Positions 46,612 through 57,313 are shown, numbered from the stretch's first letter. The stretch is DNA of 64,000 bases from an uncultured bacterium (GCA_965603725.1 CBFDEC010000006.1:5997-69996); one strand, 5' to 3'. Made by a program: numbers and translations. Notes: a model not told the origin generated them from the letters alone.

Positions 46612-46728
46612 TGGCTTAGGGGAATAAACCTGCATCTGCAATCGTAATCTCTACAGAACTGATTAACTTTTCATTTTGTTGATAGCCCGCATTATTCGCA
46701 AATCTTAACATGTGCTTCTTCTGCCAGA

Positions 46729-46755
46729 GTTGTCGGAAGTAACTTCCGACAGCAC
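46729..46755. repeat. REP-like palindrome variant GTTGTCGGAAGT-A-ACTTCCGACAGCA
   Basis: Same architecture as the 13958-15215 REPs, with CGGAAG replacing CAGAAG in both arms, which is a compensatory change. Confidence 0.6.
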
Positions 46756-46990
46756 AAAATATTTAAAGGTGATTGAAAAACCCCAATATGGCTATAAGAA
46801 CAATCGATTCTTTTAGCTAAAAATCGGCATAATTCTGTTGCATCAGTTGATATATTATAATAAAATTAGTGCGATGTTATGGTTATTTAACTTGTTATAA
46901 TAATATTTTTGAATATTTTATTATTGAAAGTGTATACAATTTTAAAAGTTGATGTTTTGAAACAATTTTAATGAATTTGCGTTACACTAA

Positions 46991-47758
46991 ATGTCAATGA
47001 AGAAAGGATGTTTTATGGAAGACCAGGTACAAAATCAGGTTATTGAAACAGAACAGGGCCCAGAGCTCGGTTTCTGGAGCAAGTTCGGAAATATCATTGC
47101 CAACCCGCGCATAGCGTTTGAATCATTAGACAAACGGCCAACCTGGTTGATGCCGATGGTGATATTAGTTGCTATTACTGTTGCTACAACTTATTACATG
47201 TTTCCGGTTATTATTGAAAAGCAATTGGAAACGTTTAGAAGCAATCCCGACATATCTGCCGAGCAGCTGCAGCTTATAGAAAATCAGTTGTCTGAAAACA
47301 TAGACACACAGATGTATCTTGCATTGGCGGCACAGATAATCATGACGCCATTAGTGTTTTATATCCTATTGTCATTTATATTTTATTTTGTGGGCTCGGT
47401 TATTCTTGGGGGTGATGCAACTTTCAAGAAAGTTCTCGCAATATTTTCATGGTCAACATGTATCTTGATTATTTCAACTTTCATAAGTTTCCCACTGGCG
47501 ATTGCGAAAGGAACTATTGGCGTTTCTTTATCTCCAGCCCTCTTATTGTCCAATGAGTTGATAGGGACAACGGTTCATACTTTACTGTCGAAATTTGACT
47601 TTTTCATGATCTGGTTTTTGGCAGTTTTCGCCTTCGGTTTTTCTGTCATCTACAGGTTTAGTATAGCCAAATCTTATATAGCTATAGGCATACTCTGGGG
47701 GATATGGATAGCGATATCTACAGTATTTGCCAATGTTTTTAGTCGATTTGGGATGTAA
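46991..47758 (+). CDS. Yip1-domain family membrane protein
   Basis: Soluble N-terminus then 5 TM helices in a Yip1-like pattern. The start may be M at 47015. Confidence 0.45.
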   Translation: MSMKKGCFMEDQVQNQVIETEQGPELGFWSKFGNIIANPRIAFESLDKRPTWLMPMVILVAITVATTYYMFPVIIEKQLETFRSNPDISAEQLQLIENQLSENIDTQMYLALAAQIIMTPLVFYILLSFIFYFVGSVILGGDATFKKVLAIFSWSTCILIISTFISFPLAIAKGTIGVSLSPALLLSNELIGTTVHTLLSKFDFFMIWFLAVFAFGFSVIYRFSIAKSYIAIGILWGIWIAISTVFANVFSRFGM

Positions 47759-47777
47759 TTTAAAAAAGGAGAGATTT

Positions 47778-49085
47778 ATGCGCCGAATACTCCGGCTGGG
47801 GATTACAGCTATTATAGTATCAGGACTGATAACAAGCGCTCAGGCTGAAAAATATACTCTTGAAAAATGCATCGAAACTGCCCTGCAAAACAACTATGGA
47901 GTCATTGCGGCAAAGAACAGCTATGATGCGACTAAATGGAGTTTATACTCTGCCTACAGCCAGCTGTTGCCATCGCTTTCTATAGGCGCTACACGCTCTG
48001 AAAGCTGGTCGCCCGCATATCTTTATATAGAAGGGGTCAGAACGCCAAACCCAAGACCCGGTACAAATGTCAATTATTCCGGTTCGCTTGGATTTGGTCA
48101 ATCGTATTCCGGCTTAGGATTGGGCGCTTATGCAAATATTAAGCAGAAACAGGCTCAAAGGTATTCAAATTATTATAGCTATGTAGGCGCTCAAAAAGAA
48201 TTAATTCTTTCCATTAAGGATGCTTATTTTAACATCATAAAAGCAAAAATGCTTGTAGATGTTTCCATGGATGCGGTAAAACGCGGTGAAGAGCAGTTAA
48301 AAACCGCTCAGAGCAGATATGACCTTGGATCAGCCTCACTCTCCGATGTTCTTAAGGCTAAAGTACTTCGCAGTAATGCCAAGCTTGATATGATTACTGC
48401 GGAAAACAACTATAATCTGGCAAAAGCCGATTTAAACTATAGAATGGGGATTGATGTAGCGGAAAAAATCGAGATAACAGAGGATCTGCTGGAAAGAGTT
48501 TTCGATATAAGTTATGAACAAGCTCTAAATGAAGCGATTTACAGTAATCCATCTTACCGCAAGGCAAATTATGACCTGAGTAAAGCTAAATCTGACTTGT
48601 TAGCAGCTAAAGCTCAGTTTTTGCCCAATATATCTTTTGGTGTAACTCATGGAACCAGAGTGCTTGATCGGGCTGACCTGTTTGAATTCCAGGAAGAATT
48701 TGCAAGCAGATCATTCTCTGTGCAATTAAGTTACAGTATATTTGCAAATTTCTTCGATTTCTCTAATGTTGTGGCCAGTAAAAAGTATGTTAACACCCAG
48801 AAAGAAAACCTTGTTAATACAAAGAACACTGTTTCACTTGAGGTCAAGCAAGCATTCCTCGACATCCAGCAAAACAAAGAAAAATTACAACTCACCGAGG
48901 AATCAGTTGCTGCAGCCCAGGAGGATTTAAATATTGTAAAGGAAAAATATAATCTTGGCGCCGCTATTATTATCGAGGTGCTGGATGCCGAGGTCTCGTT
49001 CAAACAGGCGCAAATCAGCCAGGTTCAGGCACTTTTCGACTATAACCTCGCCGTTTCCCGCCTGGAAAAAGTCATGGGTAGATAA
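47778..49085 (+). CDS. tolC: TolC-family outer-membrane efflux protein
   Basis: Signal peptide. Two repeats of the coiled-coil/beta pattern (..LSDVLKAKVLRSNAKLDMITAENNYNLAKADLN.. and ..IIEVLDAEVSFKQAQISQVQALFDYNLAVSRLEKVMG). Start moved to the ATG at 47778. Confidence 0.8.
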   Translation: MRRILRLGITAIIVSGLITSAQAEKYTLEKCIETALQNNYGVIAAKNSYDATKWSLYSAYSQLLPSLSIGATRSESWSPAYLYIEGVRTPNPRPGTNVNYSGSLGFGQSYSGLGLGAYANIKQKQAQRYSNYYSYVGAQKELILSIKDAYFNIIKAKMLVDVSMDAVKRGEEQLKTAQSRYDLGSASLSDVLKAKVLRSNAKLDMITAENNYNLAKADLNYRMGIDVAEKIEITEDLLERVFDISYEQALNEAIYSNPSYRKANYDLSKAKSDLLAAKAQFLPNISFGVTHGTRVLDRADLFEFQEEFASRSFSVQLSYSIFANFFDFSNVVASKKYVNTQKENLVNTKNTVSLEVKQAFLDIQQNKEKLQLTEESVAAAQEDLNIVKEKYNLGAAIIIEVLDAEVSFKQAQISQVQALFDYNLAVSRLEKVMGR

Positions 49086-49104
49086 GTAGATAAAAGGAGT
49101 TGTT

Positions 49105-50364
49105 ATGAAAAAAAAGAAGAAGTTGTTCTTGATAATTGCCGGAGCGGCGGTACTGGTGATATTTATCATCCTGGCCGTTGTCAAAAACCAGGAAAAACTC
49201 ATTCCGGTTACATTTGAATCTGTCGACAGGGGAGAGATTATATCAATTGTTACGGCCAACGGCAAAGTTGAGGCTAAAACCAGGGTGAACATTTCGGCGG
49301 ATGTTATGGGGAAGATTGTCAACCTGCCTGTTGTTGAGGGTCAAAACGTTGAAAAGAATCAGCTTCTGGTTGAGATTGACAAAACCCAAAAACTGACCGA
49401 TGTTGCCCAGATGAGAGCGTTGCTGGCTCAGGCGAATGTCGGCGGGGAAGAAGCCCGAATTAATTTCGGACGGCAGGAAAAATTATTCAACCGCCAACTA
49501 ATTTCACAGGCGGAATTTGATCTTGCCCGAACCAGCCGTGACCGATCTATTGCCCTGGTGAATCAGGCTAAGGCTTCTCTCGACCGGGCTCTTGACCAGC
49601 TTGAAAAATGCACAATCAGGTCCCCGATGGTCGGCACTATAACTGCCTTAAACTCCGAGGTGGGAGAAAATGCCATAATCGGAACTATGAACAATCCGGG
49701 CACTGTCATTATGGTTATTTCCGATCTTTCCGAGATTGAGGTTAAGGCTGATGTCGATGAAACCGATATTTCCCGCCTGACTTTAAAGCAGGATGTAGAG
49801 ATTGCGCTTGATGCGTTTACCGACACGACATTCATAGGAAAAGTTACAGAAATCGGCAACGCAGCTAAGAGAACCGGATCTTTTCAGGATGAAGTCACAA
49901 ATTTTGAGGTTACAATTTTAATAACTGACACGGTTCTGGGAATTAAGCCGGGCATGAACGCAACTGTGGATATTACAACTGATGTTCGTGAAGATGTTGT
50001 CAAAATCCCGATTCAGTCGGTTGTAATGCGCAAGCCGCCAGAGGAAGAAACTGAGAACCCCGATAATAATTCCGGTGCGGTTGCCGCTGAAAACAGTAGT
50101 GATAAATCTTCTAAAAAGGATAACGGTAAAAAAGATAAAGAAGAAGAAATCGATGGCGTGTTTGTGGTTGACGATAAAGAAGTCGACTTTGTGCCGATAA
50201 GGACGGGCGTTTCCGACCAGCAATATATCGAGGTCATTTCTGGCCTCGAGGAGGAGCAAAAAATTGTAACCGGTTCTTATAAGACGTTGCGGTCTTTAAA
50301 AAATGGAGATAAAGTCAAGGCCACTGAGAAACAATTCGATGATTATTCATCGTCCACAGAGTAG
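49105..50364 (+). CDS. Efflux periplasmic adaptor subunit (MacA/HlyD family)
   Basis: N-terminal TM, coiled-coil hairpin, lipoyl and beta-barrel segments, and an acidic low-complexity insert (EEETENPDNNSG...KKDKEEEIDG). Confidence 0.8.
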   Translation: MKKKKKLFLIIAGAAVLVIFIILAVVKNQEKLIPVTFESVDRGEIISIVTANGKVEAKTRVNISADVMGKIVNLPVVEGQNVEKNQLLVEIDKTQKLTDVAQMRALLAQANVGGEEARINFGRQEKLFNRQLISQAEFDLARTSRDRSIALVNQAKASLDRALDQLEKCTIRSPMVGTITALNSEVGENAIIGTMNNPGTVIMVISDLSEIEVKADVDETDISRLTLKQDVEIALDAFTDTTFIGKVTEIGNAAKRTGSFQDEVTNFEVTILITDTVLGIKPGMNATVDITTDVREDVVKIPIQSVVMRKPPEEETENPDNNSGAVAAENSSDKSSKKDNGKKDKEEEIDGVFVVDDKEVDFVPIRTGVSDQQYIEVISGLEEEQKIVTGSYKTLRSLKNGDKVKATEKQFDDYSSSTE

Positions 50365-50391
50365 TTAACTGCCCGGTTCGCAAGGAGAAAC

Positions 50392-51084
50392 ATGCTGATA
50401 CAAACGAAAGATATCTGGAAAACCTACGTAATGGGGACTGAAAAAATCAATGCTCTTCGCGGCGTAAGCGTTGAAATAAACATGGGAGAGTATGTGGCCA
50501 TTATGGGACCATCCGGCTCCGGTAAGTCGACCTTGATGAACCTGATTGGCTGTCTCGATACTCCCTCAAAAGGTGAATATTCTTTAAATGGACGCAAAGT
50601 ATCATTAATGAACGATGATGAACTGGCTCGCATTCGGAATAGGGAAATTGGCTTTATATTTCAAACTTTCAATCTCCTGCCGCGGGCAAGTGCGCTCAGG
50701 AATGTGGAATTGCCCTTAATCTATAATGGCACTAAATCCGATTTGCGGCTTAAAAAAGCCCGTGAAGCTTTGGAACGGGTTGGCCTTGGAGATAGAATGA
50801 CACATAAGCCGAATGAACTTTCCGGCGGTCAGCGTCAGAGAGTGGCAGTTGCCCGTGCCCTGGTCAATAATCCGTCTATTATCCTTGCCGATGAGCCAAC
50901 CGGCAACCTTGATACCAAAACCGGCAATGAGATTATGCAGCTTATATCCGATCTTCATAGGATGGGCAACACTATTATAGTTGTCACTCACGAACACGAT
51001 ATTGCGCTCCGTGCTGACCGGGTTATTTATATCCGTGACGGTCTCGTTGAGAAAGAAGAAGTCCTGATCAATAATAAAGATTAA
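50392..51084 (+). CDS. MacB/LolD-type ABC transporter ATP-binding protein
   Basis: Walker [10 protein letters not shown], signature [15 protein letters not shown], Walker [12 protein letters not shown]. 230 aa. Confidence 0.9.
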   Translation: MLIQTKDIWKTYVMGTEKINALRGVSVEINMGEYVAIMGPSGSGKSTLMNLIGCLDTPSKGEYSLNGRKVSLMNDDELARIRNREIGFIFQTFNLLPRASALRNVELPLIYNGTKSDLRLKKAREALERVGLGDRMTHKPNELSGGQRQRVAVARALVNNPSIILADEPTGNLDTKTGNEIMQLISDLHRMGNTIIVVTHEHDIALRADRVIYIRDGLVEKEEVLINNKD

Positions 51085-51108
51085 TTTTATCAAATGGTTT
51101 AAATCGTC

Positions 51109-52326
51109 ATGCAACTTCAGGAAGGAATATTGGTAGCTGCCCGGGCAATCAGGGCAAATAAACTCAGGGCGGTTTTAACTTTAATAGGCATAGTTATCGG
51201 AGTAGCTACGGTCATCACTGTGGTCTCAGTTATCAATGGCATGAACAATTATGTTGCCAGCAAGATCAATTCGATGGGGTCTTCCACATTTATTGTTGAT
51301 CGCTATGGTCTGGTAACCTCCGAAGAACAATGGCATAAAGTGAGGAAAAGGAAAAAGCTTACTATCGAAGACATGTATGCAATCAGACGTTATTGCGATT
51401 TATGCAGGGAAGTTGGCGCTTCAGTTCATTCTATGAGAACCGTGAAGTTCAAATCAGATTACTTAGAAGATATCGCCATAGTTGGAGCAACTCATAATTA
51501 TGTCGATGTCTCCGATATCGATATCGATTACGGGCGTTCATTTGTAGAGGCTGATGATCAACGGCGGGCCGCCGTTTGCCTGCTCGGTCCTGATATCGTA
51601 GAAAATATTTTTAACGGTCAGGACCCGATTGATAAAATGATTAAAGTCAGCAGTTTTTATTTCAGGGTCGTGGGAGTCGGCAATAAACGCGGTTCATTTT
51701 TAGGGCAAAACCAGGACAACTGGGTGGCCATGCCAATAAGAACGTTTGAAAAATATTTTGGCAGACATCGCGGAGTTGATATCCTTGCGATGGCCAGGTC
51801 GGTTTCAGTAATGGAAGAAGCCCAGGACCAGGTGCGGGTTATCATGCGTAATCGCCGGGGTGATAAGTACAAAGATCCTGACAGCTTCGGTATTTTCACC
51901 GCCGCATCTTTAATGAAGCTGTATGAAGATTTCACCAGCACAGCCTGGATAGTGCTGATCGGTGTGGCCAGTATTTCCCTTGTGGTTGGCGGGATAGTAA
52001 TAATGAATATTATGCTGGTATCGGTTACCGAGAGAACTCGCGAAATCGGAATCAGAAAAGCGCTGGGCGCCAAAAAACGTGACATAATGTGGCAATTTTT
52101 AATCGAGTCTGTCACTCTGTCGCTTGTTGGCGGGTCCGTTGGCGTTGGGTTTGGCTGTGGTTTGGCGTTACTGGTAGGGGTGTATTCTCCATTGCCGGCG
52201 TCAATCGAAACCTGGGCGATTGTGTCGGGGTTGGCAATTGCCTCATCTGTGGGATTGGTCTTCGGGGTGTTCCCTGCGATAAATGCCGCCAATCTTGATC
52301 CGATCGAGTGTTTGCGTCATGAATAA
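51109..52326 (+). CDS. ABC transporter permease, MacB/FtsX family
   Basis: N-terminal TM, periplasmic MacB_PCD-like domain, C-terminal FtsX 3-TM bundle (..MLVSVTERTREIGIRKALGAKKRDI..). Confidence 0.85.
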   Translation: MQLQEGILVAARAIRANKLRAVLTLIGIVIGVATVITVVSVINGMNNYVASKINSMGSSTFIVDRYGLVTSEEQWHKVRKRKKLTIEDMYAIRRYCDLCREVGASVHSMRTVKFKSDYLEDIAIVGATHNYVDVSDIDIDYGRSFVEADDQRRAAVCLLGPDIVENIFNGQDPIDKMIKVSSFYFRVVGVGNKRGSFLGQNQDNWVAMPIRTFEKYFGRHRGVDILAMARSVSVMEEAQDQVRVIMRNRRGDKYKDPDSFGIFTAASLMKLYEDFTSTAWIVLIGVASISLVVGGIVIMNIMLVSVTERTREIGIRKALGAKKRDIMWQFLIESVTLSLVGGSVGVGFGCGLALLVGVYSPLPASIETWAIVSGLAIASSVGLVFGVFPAINAANLDPIECLRHE

Positions 52327-52346
52327 TACCGAAATTAAATTGTAAA

Positions 52347-53588
52347 ATGAATATTCTGGAATTTAAAGAAAGCCTGTTCATGGCGTTGGGTACATTTCGC
52401 GCTCATAAGATGCGCTCTTTTTTGACTATATTGGGTGTGCTTGTAGGCGTAACTGCAATTATCGGAATGGTTTCCCTGATTGAGGGTTTGAACAATTCTA
52501 TGACTAAACAGATTGAGAATCTGGGCTCCAATGTCTTATATGTATCCAAGTATAAACCCGGAATCCAGATGGGACATCGCAGCTCAGCCGAACGCAACCG
52601 GCCTGATATTACCTTTGATGATGCACAGGCAATATTAGAGTATTGTCCGGATGTTATGGCTGTTTCGCCTCAGAATTATTATAGAAAACAAGGTGGAAAT
52701 GTCGCCAAATACAAAGATAATCAGGCCAAGAACTTCTCTTTTTTCGGCACTTTGCCGGAGTATGAAATTGTCAATAACTCGTTTGTCGAACATGGTCGAT
52801 TTATTACAGGTACCGATGATAAGTTTCATTCATTTGTCTGTGTTATCGGTAAGGATGTGGCCGAGGCGTTATTTCCGAATATCGATCCTATCCAGAAGCA
52901 GATATTAGTAAATGGCGATAAGTTTCTTGTTATTGGTGTAATGGAAGAACGTGAAACTGTCATGGGTGGTGGAGAAAATAACTTTGTTCTTCTTCCTTAT
53001 GGCGCTTATCATAAAATCCATCCGGAAGAAACAGCTTTATGGTTAAGCTGTAAGGCCCGGAGTCCCGAGGTTATGCAGCAGGCTATCGACCAGGTTACCG
53101 ATCTTATGCGTCGCCGGCATGGATTAAGATACAAGGATGAAAATGACTTTGCCGTCTTCACCCAGGAAAGTCTTTTGGAAATCTGGGAGCAGTTGACTCA
53201 GGCTGTCTGGCTGGTGATGATAATAATCTCATCGATTGGTCTTTTGGTTGGCGGAGTAGGAGTCATGAATATCATGCTGGTATCGGTGACCGAACGAACG
53301 AGGGAAATCGGTATTCGCAAGGCGGTTGGCGCCAAACGTTCTAGCATTTTGTGGCAGTTTTTAATTGAAGCGTCCGTGTTGTCGGGTGTCGGCGGTGTTA
53401 TGGGGATTATCATCGGGATATTGCTATCACAATTTATCGCCGCAGTTTCTCCCTTGCCGGCGGTCGTTTCGGTACCATGGGTAATCATCGGCTTTTCGTT
53501 TTCGGTTGCGGTTGCCTTGGTTTTCGGCATGTATCCGGCGGCTCGGGCGTCACGTCTTGATCCCATTGAATGCCTCCATTATGAATAA
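52347..53588 (+). CDS. ABC transporter permease, MacB/FtsX family (paralogue)
   Basis: MLVSVTERTREIGIRKAVGAKRSSI and the same architecture. Confidence 0.85.
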   Translation: MNILEFKESLFMALGTFRAHKMRSFLTILGVLVGVTAIIGMVSLIEGLNNSMTKQIENLGSNVLYVSKYKPGIQMGHRSSAERNRPDITFDDAQAILEYCPDVMAVSPQNYYRKQGGNVAKYKDNQAKNFSFFGTLPEYEIVNNSFVEHGRFITGTDDKFHSFVCVIGKDVAEALFPNIDPIQKQILVNGDKFLVIGVMEERETVMGGGENNFVLLPYGAYHKIHPEETALWLSCKARSPEVMQQAIDQVTDLMRRRHGLRYKDENDFAVFTQESLLEIWEQLTQAVWLVMIIISSIGLLVGGVGVMNIMLVSVTERTREIGIRKAVGAKRSSILWQFLIEASVLSGVGGVMGIIIGILLSQFIAAVSPLPAVVSVPWVIIGFSFSVAVALVFGMYPAARASRLDPIECLHYE

Positions 53589-53669
53589 AGAAATAATTGA
53601 ATTATTTCGGATATTGTTTTATAATTGGAAGTGAATATTAAAGCTAATATCGTCTGGAGGTGAAATCTT

Positions 53670-54965
53670 ATGAAAATATCATCGCTCGTTGTCATTATTT
53701 TTATGATGGCTGTTTCTTCATCTGCACAGGTAGAATTTCGGCCAGCCGCATTTTATGTTGATTATGCTTCTTTTGCTTCCGATAGCTCCGACTACAACCT
53801 TTTTGAAATATACTATCAGATTTACACCTCAAAGTTATCGTTTATCCTTAAAGAAGGTAAATATTTTGCCAGCTATAGTATTAATGCAGTTGTTAATAAA
53901 GGTAAAAAACAGATTAATGCCGTTGAGACCTATGGTTATTTTTATGCGGACACATATGCAGAGACTGAAGATAAAAGTAGTTCTATTATCAATAACTTTA
54001 AATTTTACCTCAAACCAGGCAAGTATAAACTTCAAGTTACTTTAAATGACTTAAACGGTTCTTCATCTCTGCCTATAAGTACCGATGTAGAAGTGCGCAG
54101 ATTTGATGACGGTAAGCCTGCTTTCTCGGATATCCAATTTGCCAGGGAAGTGATATTAATTGACGAACCCTCCACTTTTAATAAAAATAATTTGAGAATC
54201 ATACCCGCCTGTTCGCGCAGGTATGGAGACGGTCTTAGTCAACTAAAGTTTTATTATGAACTCTATAATGTTCATGAAACTTTCGATGCACCCCGATTTG
54301 TTTATGAGGTTATTAGCAGAAAAAATGATATAGTTGTCTCTGACACTGTTTTTAAATCGGCGCAATTGCAAAACTGTTTCGTCGGCTCGATTAACCTCGA
54401 AAACTTTGCGCCCGGTCCGTATAATCTTATAATTAGCGTACTAACGGAAAAAAAGGGCAAAAAAATTCAGGTTAACGGGAAGTTTAATATATTCTGGTCT
54501 GCTCTTGAAATGGTTAAAAATGATTTCAAAACTGCCATTGATCAATTGTATTATATTGCAGCTTCAAGTGAAATGGAAAAGCTGCGCGATGCCCCCGAAG
54601 ACCAGCGTATCAAGGAATGGAATAAATTCTGGAAATCTAAAGACCAAAGTTCCGGTACAGATGAAAATGAGATAAAGGACGAATACTATAAAAGGCTTGC
54701 CTATGCTAATCGTAAATTTGGCATTCCTATTAAGGAAGGTTGGAAAACCGATATGGGGATGATTCATATCATTCACGGCGAGTCCGATGATATAGAACGT
54801 CATCCATTCGATATTGATAGCAAACCTTATGAAATATGGTATTTTTATAACCCAAGGCGGAGGTTTTTATTTATCGATACTAAGGGATATGGCGAGTATG
54901 AGCTTCAATATCCCTATGATGGCGATGTAAATAAAAGAATCAATATTTATGGAGGTGGACCATGA
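53670..54965 (+). CDS. GWxTD-domain protein (secreted), function unknown
   Basis: Signal peptide. C-terminal GWKTDMGMIHIIHG followed by PYEIWYF, which fits the GWxTD domain pattern. Confidence 0.6.
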   Translation: MKISSLVVIIFMMAVSSSAQVEFRPAAFYVDYASFASDSSDYNLFEIYYQIYTSKLSFILKEGKYFASYSINAVVNKGKKQINAVETYGYFYADTYAETEDKSSSIINNFKFYLKPGKYKLQVTLNDLNGSSSLPISTDVEVRRFDDGKPAFSDIQFAREVILIDEPSTFNKNNLRIIPACSRRYGDGLSQLKFYYELYNVHETFDAPRFVYEVISRKNDIVVSDTVFKSAQLQNCFVGSINLENFAPGPYNLIISVLTEKKGKKIQVNGKFNIFWSALEMVKNDFKTAIDQLYYIAASSEMEKLRDAPEDQRIKEWNKFWKSKDQSSGTDENEIKDEYYKRLAYANRKFGIPIKEGWKTDMGMIHIIHGESDDIERHPFDIDSKPYEIWYFYNPRRRFLFIDTKGYGEYELQYPYDGDVNKRINIYGGGP

Positions 54966-56407
54966 GAATAATCAATATCTGTTTTATAATATTGTTCGGT
55001 GTAGTTTTATTATGGGCCGATGCACCGGATATTCTGAAAAAAACAAGCGACAAAAACAAAGAGCTCTCCATTACCACTGATTATGCCTGCTACAAATATA
55101 GTGATAACACGGAAGTTGTGTTTACGGAATTATATTATAGTTTCTTCCGCAACCAGCTTTTCTTTAGACCGGATTCCTCAGGTTATGAAGCGCTCATTAA
55201 TGTTGTTATTGAGATTAAATCTGAAGCTGGTGAACTGATTGATTCAAGCAGTTGGCGAATGGCCAGCAGGGTTGACGCTTTAGCCGAAGCAAAGATACCT
55301 AATTATTTAATTAACGATATAATAACCGCCCAACTTGTACCGGGCAACTATACCTGCATCATTATGGCGTCGGATGATTATTCGGATATTTCCGGACAAA
55401 AGGTAATTGAGATAGCTGTGCCGTCGTTTTCAGATGAAAAGCTGGAACTGTCGCCGCTTGAGTTGTTATTCAGTGTGCTGGAGGCGGATGGCGGCAACTT
55501 CGACAAAGCGGGCAAAAAACTCATTCCGAATACAAGGGGCGTATATTCCCACGATAATAGTATTGTGTATTTTTATGCCGAGGCATACAACCTTAACCCT
55601 GACTGGAATACTTATACTGTTGATATTCGTATATATGACGGCAACGGGAATATTTACAAAGACATTCCTCCTGTAACAGAGCCTGTTTCAGCGAATTCTG
55701 CGGTAATTTTAAATGGCTTCAATATCGCCTCCTTTAAGGCTGGAATGTATAGATTGGAAATCGGCGTTCATTCGGGCGGCAATAGCGTAACGGCAAAAAA
55801 ATACTTTGAAGTAACGCCTGGAAAAGCTGAATGGGAAATGGCAATAGAAAGACAAGAGCTGGCAGATTTCCCCGAGGCTGAAGCGATTGTTAATGAACAG
55901 GAAGCGAAAAATTTCAGAAACCAGATATTGTATCTTGCAACCCGTGAAGAACTCAAACAATATGATGATTTACCAATTGAGGGGAAAAACAACTTTGCCA
56001 GAGCGTTCTGGGCAAAACGTGACCCGACTCCCGGAACGGCTATAAATGAATACAAACTGGAACATTACAGCCGGGTAAGGTATGCCAACCAGGCTTTTTC
56101 AACATTCAAATCAGCCGGAACACCGGCAAATGGCTGGCGGACCGACAGGGGCAGAGTATACATCGTTTATGGCGTTCCTTCAGATGAGGAAAATTATCCG
56201 TCTTCGCTCGAAGCAAAACCCTGGATAAAGTGGAATTATGACAGTGTTGAAGGCGGCGTGTATTTCATCTTCATCGATGAAACCGGCTTTGGAGATTATC
56301 GTCTGGTACATTCTTCCGCTCAAGGAGAACCAAAAGATTATAACTGGGAAGAGCGTCTGCTGCCGGCGACAATTATCAGAAGTTATGACGGCAGTTTTAA
56401 TGAATAA
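54962..56407 (+). CDS. GWxTD-domain protein (second, tandem)
   Basis: Signal/anchor. GWRTDRGRVYIVYG followed by PWIKWNY. Overlaps the upstream gene by 4 nt. Confidence 0.6.
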   Translation: MRIINICFIILFGVVLLWADAPDILKKTSDKNKELSITTDYACYKYSDNTEVVFTELYYSFFRNQLFFRPDSSGYEALINVVIEIKSEAGELIDSSSWRMASRVDALAEAKIPNYLINDIITAQLVPGNYTCIIMASDDYSDISGQKVIEIAVPSFSDEKLELSPLELLFSVLEADGGNFDKAGKKLIPNTRGVYSHDNSIVYFYAEAYNLNPDWNTYTVDIRIYDGNGNIYKDIPPVTEPVSANSAVILNGFNIASFKAGMYRLEIGVHSGGNSVTAKKYFEVTPGKAEWEMAIERQELADFPEAEAIVNEQEAKNFRNQILYLATREELKQYDDLPIEGKNNFARAFWAKRDPTPGTAINEYKLEHYSRVRYANQAFSTFKSAGTPANGWRTDRGRVYIVYGVPSDEENYPSSLEAKPWIKWNYDSVEGGVYFIFIDETGFGDYRLVHSSAQGEPKDYNWEERLLPATIIRSYDGSFNE

Positions 56408-56821
56408 TGATTGACAGCTTATTCGAATTTGTCTTGAAATAATCAGTCAGAGTTGCGGCCTGCGGAATATGTAAATAATAACTTACAGCCGCTTTTTCCT
56501 GGAAGCAGGGTAGTCTTCAGAAAAAATCTTGACTTTATCATAGCAGTTCGCTCTATTATTGTTTCAACAGGAATTATAAAATGCTCGATTGTTTATGAGG
56601 CGAACTTGTGAATAAATCGCTTTATCGGAAGAAATCATTTTACGGCAAGGAGGATGACAACACTCCACTTAAAGCGCTCTGGAGGCCATTGGACTATTTC
56701 AAGAACGGACAGGCGCCTTTATACCCGAAAGGTTTGTTGAATATGATTCAATATCGTTAAAACCGAAAAATGATCTTATCTTTTTTATTTATGTTAGACT
56801 ATAAAAATTTGGAGAACTATC

Positions 56822-57313
56822 TTGCAGGTATTTCACTATAAACCAATTGGTATAATTCATTCTCCATTTACAAACAAAGAAAAGATGCCGATTCAACCAT
56901 CAGGAGCTGTCGGAATAAAAGGGACGGTTGAAGTTGAACCTGAATATAAAGAGGGTTTACAAGATTTGGAGAAATTTTCGCATATAATTCTTCTATATCA
57001 TTTTCATTTATCAAAGGGCTTCTCGTTGAAAGTAAAGCCATTTTTAGATAACAAACTGCACGGAATTTTCTGCACCAGGGCTCCCAGGCGGCCTAACCAA
57101 ATCGGGCTGTCGATAGTGAAACTTATGAGAGTTGAAAACAACATCCTTCATATTGAAAATGTCGATATCATTGACGGTACGCCGCTATTGGATATCAAAC
57201 CATATGTACCGGCTTTCGACATTCATGAGGTAGAAAGGATAGGCTGGCTCACTGATGCGATGGACAAATCAACCAGATTCAGGTCGAATGGCAGATTTAA
57301 AAATGAGATCTGA
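56822..57313 (+). CDS. trmO: tRNA (adenine37-N6)-methyltransferase TrmO/TsaA (YaeB family)
   Basis: KPIGIIHSPF...HIILLYHFH...GIFCTRAPRRPNQIGLS...IDGTPLLDIKPY matches the family signature. Confidence 0.8.
   Translation: MQVFHYKPIGIIHSPFTNKEKMPIQPSGAVGIKGTVEVEPEYKEGLQDLEKFSHIILLYHFHLSKGFSLKVKPFLDNKLHGIFCTRAPRRPNQIGLSIVKLMRVENNILHIENVDIIDGTPLLDIKPYVPAFDIHEVERIGWLTDAMDKSTRFRSNGRFKNEI

Noticed and set aside
56608-56760. 51-codon GTG-initiated ORF between the GWxTD genes and trmO
   Set aside because: It is below the ORF-track size cutoff, has a weak RBS and no recognisable features. Noted but not called.
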